In this document: positions 39,654-50,006 of the stretch, in pieces | Position numbering within the stretch: position 1 is the stretch's first letter | Layout of the letters: each line of letters opens with the position of its first letter | DNA from: an uncultured Candidatus Rokubacteria bacterium | Lineage (GTDB): Bacteria; Methylomirabilota; Methylomirabilia; Rokubacteriales; CSP1-6 | Assembly (NCBI GenBank): GCA_963754315.1 | Contig: CAVWFS010000018.1 | Span: forward strand, 96,001-160,000 | Length of the DNA: 64,000 nt | Direction: 5' to 3' | The notes under the pieces: generated by a model | What the model was told of the DNA's origin: nothing | Databases searched by the model: none | The model's input: the letters and a program-made list of their open reading frames with translations, nothing else | Program-made: the position numbers and the translations under genes

Positions 39654-40849
39654 CCCTTGAGCCGTGGGCAGAGGCGCAGCGCGTTTTCGCCTAGCATCTT
39701 GCGCTTGGCGTCTGCCGAGAGACCAGCGCGCGTGGTGACCTGCTGCACGCTCTCCGGCCAGGCGCTGTCGCCATGCGGCCAGTCCGTGGCGAACAGCCAC
39801 AAGTCCTCGCCCAGTTCGCTGACGCAAAATTCCATCGAGCGCTCCCAGCTGTCGATGGCGTGAAAGTAGCGACCCTCGGCAACGACCTCGCGCGGAAGGC
39901 GCTTGAGGTTGGGCACATGGTCGGGCGACATGACGTAGTGGGTATCCAGTCGGTCGAGAGCCAGGGGCAGCCAGCCGCCGCCGGTCTCGATAATGGCCAC
40001 GCGCAGATACGGGAACTGCTCGAACACGCCGCCACCGATGAGGGCCCCCAGGGCAGCCATGCCCGCCCAGGGGTTGCCGAAGCTGTGGAGCAGGAACCAG
40101 GCGCCGTCGAGATCGAAGGTGCCCGGCGCGTACGGTGGCCGCGCGGTGCCACCGTGGACGAGGATGGGCAGGTCGAGGTCCTGAGCAACCTGGTAGAGCG
40201 GGTGCAAGCCCGGGTAGTCGAGGAGCTTGCCCTCCGGCGCCTGCGGCGAGAGGTAGACGCCGACCAAGTTTTGGTCGCGCTCGGCCCAGTGCCTGATCTC
40301 GAGAACGCCGGCGTCGACGTCGCGCATGTTGGCAACCAACGCCCACTTGAGGCGGCTGGGGGCCTTGGCGCAGAAGTCAGACACCCAGCGGTGATAGGCG
40401 CGGTACAGCGCGTTCTCGAAGCCGGTGTCGCGCAGGGCACAGTAGCTGGAGACGTGCGTGGGGTAGAGCACGGCCACGTCAACCTGAGCACGGTCCATGT
40501 CCTCCAGCCTGGCGGCGACATCCCAGCTCACCTCGGGGCGGATCGGTGGCAGAGCCTCGGTCCGCCCGGGCGGGAAGGCCAGCCGGCCGCGTTCCATCCC
40601 CGAGCGGCGGCTCAGGCCAAAGGTGTCGCGTACGCCGAGCGGCCGTCCGGTCTCGATTGGCTCGATGATCGCCGTGCGCCGGCCCACGAGAGCGTACGGC
40701 TCACCGGCCCTGGCCTGGGCGGCAATCGCCTCGCACAGGCGCTGGTAGGGCTCGCGGTAGGCGGGGTCGATATAGTCCCCGTAGAACCTGTCGATACGTT
40801 CGCGGATGTGGGCGTCGAGGTCGATCACCGTGTGGCCGTTCCAGCTCAT
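39650..40849 (-). CDS. Amidohydrolase_2 family protein
   Basis: IDLDAH, LVHGG, IETGGGW, FATDWPHGD. Confidence 0.9.
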   Translation of the reverse strand: MSWNGHTVIDLDAHIRERIDRFYGDYIDPAYREPYQRLCEAIAAQARAGEPYALVGRRTAIIEPIETGRPLGVRDTFGLSRRSGMERGRLAFPPGRTEALPPIRPEVSWDVAARLEDMDRAQVDVAVLYPTHVSSYCALRDTGFENALYRAYHRWVSDFCAKAPSRLKWALVANMRDVDAGVLEIRHWAERDQNLVGVYLSPQAPEGKLLDYPGLHPLYQVAQDLDLPILVHGGTARPPYAPGTFDLDGAWFLLHSFGNPWAGMAALGALIGGGVFEQFPYLRVAIIETGGGWLPLALDRLDTHYVMSPDHVPNLKRLPREVVAEGRYFHAIDSWERSMEFCVSELGEDLWLFATDWPHGDSAWPESVQQVTTRAGLSADAKRKMLGENALRLCPRLKG

Positions 40850-40959
40850 GGGTTCCTCCTGATGGATCGCAGTCCGCCGCGGCCCGGGAGCATCTTGCCA
40901 CCGAAGCCACCCCGCCGTCGCGTGGTACGAGAAGCGGCCAATCGCGACGGCTCTGGCAG

Positions 40960-41493
40960 CTACCGGGCGGGAGTGATCTCGTCGATGAGGCCGTAGTCGA
41001 GCGCCTCTTGCGCGTCGAGATAGCGTCCACGCCGCATGTCCTCTGCGATCTCCTCGGCAGGTCGACCCGTGCGGTGCGCCAAGCGCACATAGAGCTTCCA
41101 CAGCAGCTCCTGCTGCTGGCGGCTTAGCGCGGCGATCTCCGCGGGGGGGCCGGTAAACCGCGCTGACGGCTGGCGCAGATGGAAACGCGCGTGGGGTACG
41201 GCGGCGCGGTGATCGGCGGCGGCGGCGACGCCCACGGCGGGACCGCCGACCTGACCGCGGCACAGGGCGCGCAGCATCGAGCGCAAGGTGTCAGCCGTGT
41301 CGATGAGGACGAACGCCGCTTCGAGCGTGCCGTCGGGACTGTCCAGGTGGAGGTCGATAACCTGGTTCTCGCGAGCGTCCAGCGCCAGAAGGGCAGCGGC
41401 CCCCCGAGCCGCGGCGTCACCGTCGAGGCGGCCCGTGACGAGCACGATGCGGCGCTCGAAGAGCTGTTCTTGCAGCCATCCTTCGAGGCTCAT
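40960..41493 (-). CDS. ClpP-fold protein lacking the catalytic Ser and His (ClpR-like)
   Basis: LFERRIVL, LDSPDG, GQVGGPA (no Ser), HLRQP (His replaced by Arg), YLDAQEALDYGLIDEI. Confidence 0.85.
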   Translation of the reverse strand: MSLEGWLQEQLFERRIVLVTGRLDGDAAARGAAALLALDARENQVIDLHLDSPDGTLEAAFVLIDTADTLRSMLRALCRGQVGGPAVGVAAAADHRAAVPHARFHLRQPSARFTGPPAEIAALSRQQQELLWKLYVRLAHRTGRPAEEIAEDMRRGRYLDAQEALDYGLIDEITPAR

Positions 41494-41670
41494 ACCCCGA
41501 GCGTACCGTACGTAACATTCCCAGAATGCAATGGCTTCTCCCCACTTACTTCCCGTGATCGCAGCGCCACCTGCCAGGCCCGGAATAGCCGAGCAAACCT
41601 TGACCCGCGGCCGCGGTCGCACGACAATGCCAGCCGATCCCCGCGCTCGCCCAGGGAGGGAGTTGACCCG

Positions 41671-42135
41671 ATGCCAAGCCACGCGCAGTTCTTGCCCCAG
41701 ATCGAACAGTTCATTCACGACAATCCGCAGGGCGTTCTGACCTCGTTCAGGCGCAATGGCATGCCCCAGCTCAGCATTGTCACCGTGTATCCGCGCGACG
41801 GCGGCGTGGGGATCTCCATCACCGAGAACCGGGCGAAGTTCAAGAACCTCTTGCGTGACCCCCGCTGCTCGGTCCTGATCTCGCACGCCGACTGGTGGTC
41901 GGGTTTCCTGGTGTTCGAGGGCAAAGCGGAGCTGACCCACTCTGGCAACACCGACCCCGAAGCTCTGCGTCGGGCACGTCGATACATCTTCAGCGCGACG
42001 ACCCGACGACGCAGCCGCGACTGGGACGAGTACGACAAGATCGCGGAGGCAGACAAGCGGGTGGCCATGGTGCTGAGACCGGAGCACGTGTACGGCTCCG
42101 CCCTGGTCCGCATGCGCGAAGCGCTGGCGAAGTAG
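41671..42135 (+). CDS. PPOX-class (pyridoxamine 5'-phosphate oxidase-like) protein
   Basis: RRNGMPQLS, RAKFKNLLRDPR, FEGKAEL. Confidence 0.85.
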   Translation: MPSHAQFLPQIEQFIHDNPQGVLTSFRRNGMPQLSIVTVYPRDGGVGISITENRAKFKNLLRDPRCSVLISHADWWSGFLVFEGKAELTHSGNTDPEALRRARRYIFSATTRRRSRDWDEYDKIAEADKRVAMVLRPEHVYGSALVRMREALAK

Positions 42136-42143
42136 GGCTCCAC

Positions 42144-44750
42144 ATGGGTGCGCAGGACGAGCACCCGACGGCCGGCGCCGCGCGGCGCCGGCGCGGTCCT
42201 CTCGCCGGCATTCGAGTCATCGAACTGGCGGACGAACAGGCGGAATACTGTGGACTGAGCCTGGCTGGGCTCGGCGCCGATGTCGTCAAAGTGGAGCCCC
42301 CCGGCGGAAGCCCCACGCGCCGTATCGGACCCTTCTACCAGGACCGTGAAGACCCCGAACGCTCGCTGTTCTTCTGGCAGTACAACCGCGGGAAGCGCTC
42401 CATCGTGCTCGATCTGCGCCAGCCGGCAGAGCGTAACCGATTCCGCGCACTGGTCACGACCGCCGACGTGCTTCTGGAGTCCACGCCGCGGGGAGAGCTC
42501 GACAGGCTGGGTCTGGACGCTGAGACACTGCTGCGGCAGCTTCCCACCCTCATCGTCGCGCGGATGTCTCCCTTTGGTGACCACGGCCCGTGGGCGGACT
42601 TCAAGGCATCGGACCTGGTGCACCTCGCTCTCGGTGGCGTCATGATGAACTGCGGCTACGATCCGGCCCCGGACGGCCGGTACGATCTGCCGCCAATCGC
42701 CCCCCAGATGTGGCACGCCTACCACATCGCCGGGGAACAGCTCACGGTCGCGATCATCGCTGCGCTGCTCTATCGCTGGCGGACAGGGAAAGGCCAGCGC
42801 CTGTCCTGTGCCATCCACGAGGCGGTAGCGAAATCCACCGAGGTCGACCTCATGTCGTGGGTGATGCGACGGGTCCTCGTCGTCCGCCAGACCTGCCGTC
42901 ATGCCCGGGAGACGGTCTCTCCACACCCTTCGATTGTGCACACGAAGGATGGACGCTGGGTGATGGCGAATCTTGGAACACGCCCCGGTGAAGCGGCGGC
43001 GCTCATCGGCCTGCTCGAGCGCTACGGCATGACGGCCGGGCTTGACGTGGATCAGGGTGTTGTGGGGCACGGCAGCAGGTTCGTGCCGGGCACCGCGCCT
43101 ACGACCGGGAAACGCGACCTCGCGATGGAAGCCATGCAGCGCTTCGTGCGTTCGTTCACCTACCAGAACGTGCCCTGGCGCGAAGCCCAGGAGGCAGGGA
43201 TGCTTTGGGCGCCCCTCCGGAAGCCCCACGAGAACGCCGTGGATCCGCACTGGCTCGCCCGCGGGAGCTGTACGGACATCGAGCATCCCGAGCTAGGCTG
43301 CTCCTTCCGCTACGCCACGAGCAAGTGGCTGGCAACGGGCACGGCCTGGTCGATCGGCCGGCGCGCTCCGCTGCTCAACGAGGATGCCGAGGCTGTGAAC
43401 ATCCCGCCGGTTCGTGACCTGCCAGTGATCAGTGTCTCCGCGCGTGCGCCGGTCGGTGAAGGACTCTCGCCACGCGGCAACCCGTTCCCACTGCACAACA
43501 CTCGGATCCTCGATTTCACGTGGTTTCTGGCCTCTGCCGGTGGCACGCGGTTCCTGAGCGCCTTCGGCGCCGAGAGCATCAAGGTGGAGCTGAAGAGCCA
43601 CCCAGACACCCGGATGGCCGCGATGGCACCGGTCGGAGGTCGAGCCGCGCGCGAGCAGGCCACGGGGCCGCTCCCCGGCGTCACCGACCCGGACATGGGC
43701 GGGCAGTTCAACAACAAGAACCCGGGCAAGCGAGGAATCTCGCTCAATGTCAGGCATCCAAAGGGTCTGGAGATCGCGAGACGCCTGGTGGCGATGTCCG
43801 ATGTCGTCGCGGAGGGCTTCTCGCCCGGCGTCCTCGAAAGCTGGGGACTGGGATACGACGCGCTGCGCGCCATCAAGCCGGACATCATCTATGTCCAGCA
43901 GTCGGGTATGGGAGCGCAAGGCACCTACGGCCGCTTTCGTACCGTGGGTCCGATCGCCAACTCCTTTTCCGGCCTGTCGGAGATGTCGGGGCTTCCCGAG
44001 CCAGCGATGCCGGCTGGCTGGGGCTATTCCTATCTGGACTGGATGGGGGCCTACAGCTTTGCCCTGGCCATCCTCACGGCGCTCTTCCATCGCGCGCGCA
44101 CGGGCGAGGGACAATGGGTCGATGCCTCGCAGTGCGAGGTGGGGCTGTTCATCAGCGGCACCACTATCCTGGACTGGTCTGCCAACCGCCGCATCTGGTC
44201 ACGCTACGGCAACCGCTCTCCCTACAAGCCGGCGGCCCCTCACAACGTTTATCCCTGCGCGGGGGACGATCGGTGGCTCGCCATCGCCTGCTTCACGGAC
44301 GCCGAGTGGCGTGCGCTGACTCAGGTTGCGGGACACGCTGAGTGGGCTAACGATGGCCGCTTCAGCGATCTCGCGGGCCGCCTGGCGCACCAGGACGCTC
44401 TCGACGATCTCGTCGGAGGCTGGACGAAGTCGCACGATGCCTACGAGAGCATGCTGGCCCTGCAGGGCGCCGGCGTGCCGGCCGGAGTGTGCCAGACGGC
44501 AGCGGATCGTTGCGATCATGACCCGCAATTGGCGGCCCTCTCGTGGTTGACCGAAGTGACGGGCACGAAGATCGGTCGCTGGCCGATCGCCGAGGTGCCC
44601 GTCAAGCTGAGCGAGAGCCCAGCCTATATCGGCGGCCGCCTCGACCGCGGCGCTCCCTGCTACGGCGAGGACAATCACTACGTGTACGGCGAGTTGCTGG
44701 GGATGTCGTCGCGCGAGATCGACACTCTGGCCGCCGAGGGCGTGATCTGA
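42144..44750 (+). CDS. Tandem two-domain class III CoA transferase (CaiB/BaiF)
   Basis: Two repeats: PLAGIRVIEL...LGADVVKVE...NRGKRS and PLHNTRILD...GAESIKVE...NPGKRG. Confidence 0.92.
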   Translation: MGAQDEHPTAGAARRRRGPLAGIRVIELADEQAEYCGLSLAGLGADVVKVEPPGGSPTRRIGPFYQDREDPERSLFFWQYNRGKRSIVLDLRQPAERNRFRALVTTADVLLESTPRGELDRLGLDAETLLRQLPTLIVARMSPFGDHGPWADFKASDLVHLALGGVMMNCGYDPAPDGRYDLPPIAPQMWHAYHIAGEQLTVAIIAALLYRWRTGKGQRLSCAIHEAVAKSTEVDLMSWVMRRVLVVRQTCRHARETVSPHPSIVHTKDGRWVMANLGTRPGEAAALIGLLERYGMTAGLDVDQGVVGHGSRFVPGTAPTTGKRDLAMEAMQRFVRSFTYQNVPWREAQEAGMLWAPLRKPHENAVDPHWLARGSCTDIEHPELGCSFRYATSKWLATGTAWSIGRRAPLLNEDAEAVNIPPVRDLPVISVSARAPVGEGLSPRGNPFPLHNTRILDFTWFLASAGGTRFLSAFGAESIKVELKSHPDTRMAAMAPVGGRAAREQATGPLPGVTDPDMGGQFNNKNPGKRGISLNVRHPKGLEIARRLVAMSDVVAEGFSPGVLESWGLGYDALRAIKPDIIYVQQSGMGAQGTYGRFRTVGPIANSFSGLSEMSGLPEPAMPAGWGYSYLDWMGAYSFALAILTALFHRARTGEGQWVDASQCEVGLFISGTTILDWSANRRIWSRYGNRSPYKPAAPHNVYPCAGDDRWLAIACFTDAEWRALTQVAGHAEWANDGRFSDLAGRLAHQDALDDLVGGWTKSHDAYESMLALQGAGVPAGVCQTAADRCDHDPQLAALSWLTEVTGTKIGRWPIAEVPVKLSESPAYIGGRLDRGAPCYGEDNHYVYGELLGMSSREIDTLAAEGVI

Positions 44751-44758
44751 CCGCTGCG

Positions 44759-45952
44759 TCAGTAGGGTTCTCTGACGAAGATGAAGGTCGTGCCCTGCAC
44801 GACAGGAGCGCTGGCGCCGACGAAGGAGACCTCGACGTTCTTGACCTGACGTTCCTCGGCACGTCCGGACGCTTGCAGAGCGCCCTCGATGATGTGCCAC
44901 AGACCGTGAATGCGTCCGGTGCCCAGGCTGCCCCCGAAGGTGTTCAGGGGAAGCTCGCCGTCGAGCTCGATACGTCCGTCCTGGATGAAATCGAGCGCGG
45001 CGCCCTCCGGACAGAATCCGTAGGATTCCAAGCCGTAGATCACCGAGGCCGAGAAGCCGTCGTAGATCTGGGCCACATCGACGTCGCGCGGGCTGAGCCC
45101 TGAACGCTCCCACGTGAGGCGTGACGAGCTACGCCCGCCCTCCATGTAGTCGCTCAGGCTCCCGATGCGCCCGGCCACCTCGAAGGCGAGCCGTTGACCG
45201 TACCCCGCGAGGTAGGCGGGCCGCGGCTTCAAGTCGCGCGCGCGATCGGCCGTGGTCAGGACAATGGCAACGGCTCCCTGCACGGGAATGTCGCAGTCGT
45301 AGAGGCAGAACGGATAGGCCACCATCCGGGAGCTGAGGTAGTCCTCGCGAGTGAGAGGCGTTCCGTAGAAGTAGGCGTGGGGGTTCTTCTGGGCGTGGCG
45401 GCGCTGGGTCACGGCGAGGGTGGCCATCTTCTCGCGGTTCTGGCCGTGCCGTTCCAGCCAGCGCGTGTACGCGACCGCCATGCCCTGTCCAGGCCCACCG
45501 AACCCGTAAGGCGCGGTGAACTGGGCCGGGCCCGGGGCGTGGGTGCCCGGCAGGTTCTGATAGGTGCCGCGAGGGTTGTGCATCGCGCGCCAGACCACCG
45601 CATGGGTGCACACGCCGGCCAGGAGCGCGTTGACGGCCTGCTGGACGGCTCCTCCGATATTGACCGTGTCCACCTGAACCTGCCAGCTGAGGTTGGGGAG
45701 CTTCAGCATCGCCATCATGCAGTTGACCGATACGATGGTGATGCCGTCCACCACTGCGTGCCCGGTGGCTGGCAGCTCGGGATAGGTCGCCAGCCCATCG
45801 ATGTCGGACAGGGCCAGCCCAGAATCGTCCACGGCGCTCGTGACCGCCTGTCGAGCATGGGCAGCGAGCGGGATCTCCGCCGACCGAGTGACGCGAGAGA
45901 ATCCCACGCCGCTCACGGCGACCTTGCACCGGTGCTCCCACATGTGGCCCAT
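44759..45952 (-). CDS. Thiolase-superfamily protein (SCP-x/Ltp2-like)
   Basis: YDCD, AQIYDGF, LNTFGGSLGTGRIHG. Confidence 0.88.
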   Translation of the reverse strand: MGHMWEHRCKVAVSGVGFSRVTRSAEIPLAAHARQAVTSAVDDSGLALSDIDGLATYPELPATGHAVVDGITIVSVNCMMAMLKLPNLSWQVQVDTVNIGGAVQQAVNALLAGVCTHAVVWRAMHNPRGTYQNLPGTHAPGPAQFTAPYGFGGPGQGMAVAYTRWLERHGQNREKMATLAVTQRRHAQKNPHAYFYGTPLTREDYLSSRMVAYPFCLYDCDIPVQGAVAIVLTTADRARDLKPRPAYLAGYGQRLAFEVAGRIGSLSDYMEGGRSSSRLTWERSGLSPRDVDVAQIYDGFSASVIYGLESYGFCPEGAALDFIQDGRIELDGELPLNTFGGSLGTGRIHGLWHIIEGALQASGRAEERQVKNVEVSFVGASAPVVQGTTFIFVREPY

Positions 45953-45961
45953 GTCCTGGAG

Positions 45962-46395
45962 CTACGAGGCTGAGGGCGCCAGCCGAAACTGGGGCAAGGT
46001 GATGTCGTCGTTCAGGGGCTCGAAGACTACCTCTACTCGTCGTCCCACCTTGGCCTCAGTGTAGGGAGCATCGAGCAGGTTACCGACCAGGAGGGCGCCG
46101 GGGGCGTCGTCGAGCTCCACGATGATGCTCGCGTAGGGTATGGCTCCCGCGAATCGCCGATCGCCGGCGTGATACATGATGGTGTACGCGTAGATGGAGC
46201 CCTGGCCTCGTACGGGCTCGAACTTGAGATCGATGGCCATGCAGGTCACGCAGGTCGGGTAGGGAGGATGCTGGAAATGCCCGCATGCCTGACAGCGCTG
46301 CAGGGCCACCCCCCCTGCTTGGCCGCATCCCAGAAGGGTTTCGTCCACTCATTCGGAACAGGGATAGGCCTGGTCACCGTGCTCCAGTCGCTCAT
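45962..46395 (-). CDS. DUF35 Zn-ribbon/OB-fold protein; frameshift in a 7-nt homopolymer at ~46312
   Basis: PIPVPNEWTKPFWDAA joins LQRCQACG..HPP..CVTC. Confidence 0.85.
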
Positions 46396-46617
46396 CGCCT
46401 CGGCCTCGATGAAAGGGTGCTCGCCGGCATGCTGGTGCCTCCTTGATCCGCGCGATGGTAGCATCGCGTGGCGGTCGAATGGCTCAGCACAGAAGACGAA
46501 TCGACGAAATTGCGTAGGCAGGCCACTCGAAGTTGGCGCTTGACCACTAGTCCGAGCCCGTTGTAGAGCAGGGACGATAGGAGAAAGAGTCTTGTTGCCC
46601 GTTGAGAGGAGAGCGCC

Positions 46618-47088
46618 ATGGCACGCCGATGCCCGACACTGCTTACCCCCTTCGCCATCCTGGTCCTCCTAGCGGCCGGCACCGCGTCGGCCCAGGATTG
46701 CAGCGGGACCATCACCGCCGACGAGGCGATGAACGCCGAGACCGCTCGCTACGCCGCGCAGACCGCCAACGACTTCGCGGCCATGGAGAAGATGTTCGGG
46801 ACCGACCTCACGTATAACCATTCGTCGGCCGCCACCGATGACAAGAAGGCGTACATCGAAGGCATGCGCTCGGGACGCGTGAAGTACCGGAAGATGACCC
46901 CGAATAGCGACATGAAGACGCGTACCTATGGCTGCCTGGCCATCATTACGGGCACCGCCGTGTACGAGGTGACGGCGAGTGGTCAGGACCGCACCGTTCC
47001 TCTCCGCTTCACCGCCATCTGGGCGAAACGGCCGTCCGGGCTCGAGTTCGTGTCGTGGCAGTCGACCGGGATTCCGCCGAAGCAATAA
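46618..47088 (+). CDS. Secreted NTF2-like (DUF4440) protein
   Basis: Signal peptide, DLTYNHSS, FTAIW, WQST. Confidence 0.85.
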   Translation: MARRCPTLLTPFAILVLLAAGTASAQDCSGTITADEAMNAETARYAAQTANDFAAMEKMFGTDLTYNHSSAATDDKKAYIEGMRSGRVKYRKMTPNSDMKTRTYGCLAIITGTAVYEVTASGQDRTVPLRFTAIWAKRPSGLEFVSWQSTGIPPKQ

Positions 47089-47096
47089 AATCAGGA

Positions 47097-47825
47097 TTAT
47101 GGCGTGTGTTTCCCGAGGAAATCCTTGATGCGAAGTTTGGCCGCCGTCAGGGCGGCGCCTTCCTTCCACTCGGGGATGAACTCGCAGTTGGGGAGCAGCT
47201 TGGCGACCTCCTCGGAGATTGCGAACGGATGCGCCTCGTCGTTGCCGGCCAGCACCAGGCACGGCGTCCGGCAGCTCGACACGAACGCACGGTCCACGCT
47301 GTAGACAAACCCGGGACCGTACAAGTTCTGATGGAACGCATCCAGCACCTGCTGGCTGGCCTCGGGGTGTTTGGCGAGCGACTCGGCCCATGCGTTGAAC
47401 CGGGCGGAGCGTCCCGCCGGCATGGGGCCTACTCGCCCGATGGGCTGCGCGAGCACCGCGCACGCTACGCGTTGGGGCTGAGCCTTAAGCAGGTTCAGGA
47501 TGAAGGACCCGCCGATGCACTGACCATATAGGTGACAGCGCTCGATGCCCAGGTGATCCAGCACTGCGATGTGATCGGCGGTGTAGGTGTGCCAGCCGTC
47601 TTGTCCCGTGATGGGAGCTACGGAGCGTCCGCCCGCGTTGCGCTGATCCATCGCGATCACCCGGAAGGATGCCGCGAATTCCTTGATGGGGTTCACGGGG
47701 GCGGCGGGGCGGTTCCAGACCTCGATGACCGACTGCAGGCCCGCGGGCGCGAATGTGAGGATGGGGAAGCCTTGGCCGAACTCCTCGTAGTAGATGGACG
47801 CCCCCTGGTGCTCAATGCTAGGCAT
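47097..47825 (-). CDS. Alpha/beta hydrolase with Cys at the nucleophile elbow (GQCIG)
   Basis: IYYEEFGQG, MDQRNAGGRS, GQCIGG. Confidence 0.85.
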   Translation of the reverse strand: MPSIEHQGASIYYEEFGQGFPILTFAPAGLQSVIEVWNRPAAPVNPIKEFAASFRVIAMDQRNAGGRSVAPITGQDGWHTYTADHIAVLDHLGIERCHLYGQCIGGSFILNLLKAQPQRVACAVLAQPIGRVGPMPAGRSARFNAWAESLAKHPEASQQVLDAFHQNLYGPGFVYSVDRAFVSSCRTPCLVLAGNDEAHPFAISEEVAKLLPNCEFIPEWKEGAALTAAKLRIKDFLGKHTP

Positions 47826-47956
47826 GCGCGTGTCCTTTCAGCTCTTGTCCCGAGGAGTGCTCTCGCGTATCGCCTCTTTAGCCCATATCCTGACCCTTTT
47901 CAAGGGTGGGCGTCGATGTCATTCTCGTGTGAGCCAGTCCGACAACGGGGGTTTCG

Positions 47957-49045
47957 ATGGCACATTCTGTTCGGGGCGTCGTTGCCAAGAGCAAGGGGCG
48001 ACCGGTCGAGCTGACCTCGATTCTGGTGCCCGATCCGGGTCCGGGAGAAGCTCTGGTTCGGGTGCAGGCGTGTGGGGTCTGTCATACCGACCTCCACTAT
48101 CGCGAAGGTGGTATCAACAACGACTTTCCCTTCCTCCTTGGGCACGAGGCGGCCGGGCTCGTGGAAGCGGTGGGCGCGGACGTGACCAAGGTGAAGCCCG
48201 GCGACTTCGTGATTCTCAACTGGCGGGCGGTGTGCGGCACCTGCCGGTCGTGTCGTCGCGGCAAGCCCAACCTCTGCTTCAGCACGTTCAATGCGACGCA
48301 GAAGATGACCCTGGCCGACGGCACTCCGCTGTCGGCCGCCCTCGGTATCGGCGCCTTCGCGGAGAAGAGCCTGGTCGCGGCCGGCCAGTGCACGCGAGTG
48401 AATCCGGCGGTGAAGCCGGAAGTGGCCGGCCTCCTCGGCTGCGGGGTGATGGCCGGCATCGGGGCAGCGATGCTCACCGGGGCGGTGCAGCGCGGAGACA
48501 GTGTGGCCGTGTTCGGCTGCGGTGGCGTCGGCAACGGGGCCATCGTGGGCGCGCGGCTGGCCGGCGCTACCACGATCGTGGCCGTCGATATCGACGACCG
48601 CAAGCTCGAATGGGCGAGACGGTTCGGCGCCACCCACACGGTCAACAGCAAGCAGGCTGATCCGGTCGCGGCCGTTCAAGCTGCCACCAACGGCCACGGC
48701 GCCGACGTCTGCGTGGAAGCCGTCGGGCATCCCGAGGTGCTGCGGCAGGCTTTCTTCGCGCGCGATCTCGCCGGGACGGTCGTTCAGGTGGGTGTTCCTA
48801 CGCCGACGATGAAGTTTCCCGACATACCCATGATCGAATTCTTCGGACGAGGCGGTGCCCTGAAGCCGAGCTGGTACGGCGACTGCCTGCCTGACCGTGA
48901 TTTTCCTCTCCTGGTCGATCTCCACCTGCAGGGTCGGCTTCCGCTCCACGATTTCGTCACCGAGACGATCGGCCTCGATGACGTCGAGGAAGCCTTCCAT
49001 CGGATGGAGCGGGGTGAAGTGTTACGCAGCGTGGTGGTGCTGTGA
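47957..49045 (+). CDS. mscR: S-(hydroxymethyl)mycothiol dehydrogenase-like Zn-ADH
   Basis: [59 protein letters not shown]. Confidence 0.85.
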   Translation: MAHSVRGVVAKSKGRPVELTSILVPDPGPGEALVRVQACGVCHTDLHYREGGINNDFPFLLGHEAAGLVEAVGADVTKVKPGDFVILNWRAVCGTCRSCRRGKPNLCFSTFNATQKMTLADGTPLSAALGIGAFAEKSLVAAGQCTRVNPAVKPEVAGLLGCGVMAGIGAAMLTGAVQRGDSVAVFGCGGVGNGAIVGARLAGATTIVAVDIDDRKLEWARRFGATHTVNSKQADPVAAVQAATNGHGADVCVEAVGHPEVLRQAFFARDLAGTVVQVGVPTPTMKFPDIPMIEFFGRGGALKPSWYGDCLPDRDFPLLVDLHLQGRLPLHDFVTETIGLDDVEEAFHRMERGEVLRSVVVL

Positions 49046-49662
49046 TCGAGCTCGTGACCACCGAGGGCATCTTCGCCCTCGACGGGGGTGAGTGGGCGGT
49101 CACCAACAACGTCTGGCTGATCGGTAACGACCGCGAGGTCATCGTGATCGACGCCGCCCACGATGCGTCGCCGATCGTGGCGGCGGTGCACGGCCGGCGC
49201 GTGCGGGCCATCGCGTTGACCCATGGTCACAACGATCACATCAACGCGGCGGCGGCGCTACAAATCGAAGTCGACGCGCCCATCCTGTTGCATCCCGACG
49301 ACCGGATGCTGTGGCGCGTGGTCTATCCCGATCGGGATCCCGACGGCGCGCTGGTCGATGGAGGACTGCTGGAAGCCGGCGGGGCCAAGCTGGGCGTGCT
49401 GCACACGCCGGGTCACTCGCCGGGCGGGTGCTGCTTTCACCTGCTGGACGGGGCTGCGGAGGCGCGCGGTGTGGTGTTCACCGGCGACACCTTGTTCTGC
49501 GGCGGGCCCGGCGCGACGGGCCGCAGCTTCAGCGACTACGATACGATCGTCGCCTCGATTCGCCGCCGTTTGTTCGCGCTTCCCGCCAGCACGGTCGTTC
49601 ACACTGGCCACGGCCAGAGTACAACCGTGGGCGCCGAAGCGGAGTCTCTGGGCCGGTCCTGA
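49042..49662 (+). CDS. MBL-fold hydrolase (glyoxalase II-like)
   Basis: [27 protein letters not shown]. Confidence 0.9.
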   Translation: MIELVTTEGIFALDGGEWAVTNNVWLIGNDREVIVIDAAHDASPIVAAVHGRRVRAIALTHGHNDHINAAAALQIEVDAPILLHPDDRMLWRVVYPDRDPDGALVDGGLLEAGGAKLGVLHTPGHSPGGCCFHLLDGAAEARGVVFTGDTLFCGGPGATGRSFSDYDTIVASIRRRLFALPASTVVHTGHGQSTTVGAEAESLGRS

Positions 49663-49939
49663 TCGCAAGCGGCCGTTACCTCAACGTCGCAGTGCGACGC
49701 CAGCCGTATCGAGGCGCCGGCCGGCATGGTACGCGTGCGCCGAGCCGGCCAAGAATCGCGCGTTTCCCACACCGTCAGTGCAGAGGGGTCCCTCCTAGCT
49801 GACATCGTCGGAACGAGACTCCGACGCAGCCCGCGAGACCGAGTAAGGCATGTCCCTCTCGACACGGCGTGCTGCAACGGGTATGTCGAGGAGCTTACGC
49901 GCTTCCGCGACCGGGGTATCGTCCAGCGCTGCAGGTCGG

Positions 49940-49955
49940 TGGCAACTGGCTTGCA
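49940..49955 (+). promoter_or_regulatory. Sigma54 -24/-12 promoter
   Basis: TGGCAACTGGCTTGCA (GG-N10-GC, TTGCA), about 50 bp before ATG 50007. Confidence 0.7.
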
Positions 49956-50006
49956 TGTTTCGCACAAGGCGGGACTGCCGCAAACCTTGCAGATATGGAG
50001 GCACTC

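Noticed and set aside
38463..40346. 627-aa extended methionine synthase fusion
   Set aside because: The extension overlaps the amidohydrolase in another frame; the real start is 39653.
41494..42087. N-terminal extension of the ClpP-like ORF
   Set aside because: Antisense to the PPOX gene; the ClpP fold starts at 41493.
46309..46315. Phase-variable homopolymer in the DUF35 gene
   Set aside because: Only 7 nt, and indel errors are frequent in this sequence.
46392..46430. 12-codon leader peptide overlapping the DUF35 start
   Set aside because: Could be another indel-split N-terminus; no attenuator evidence.
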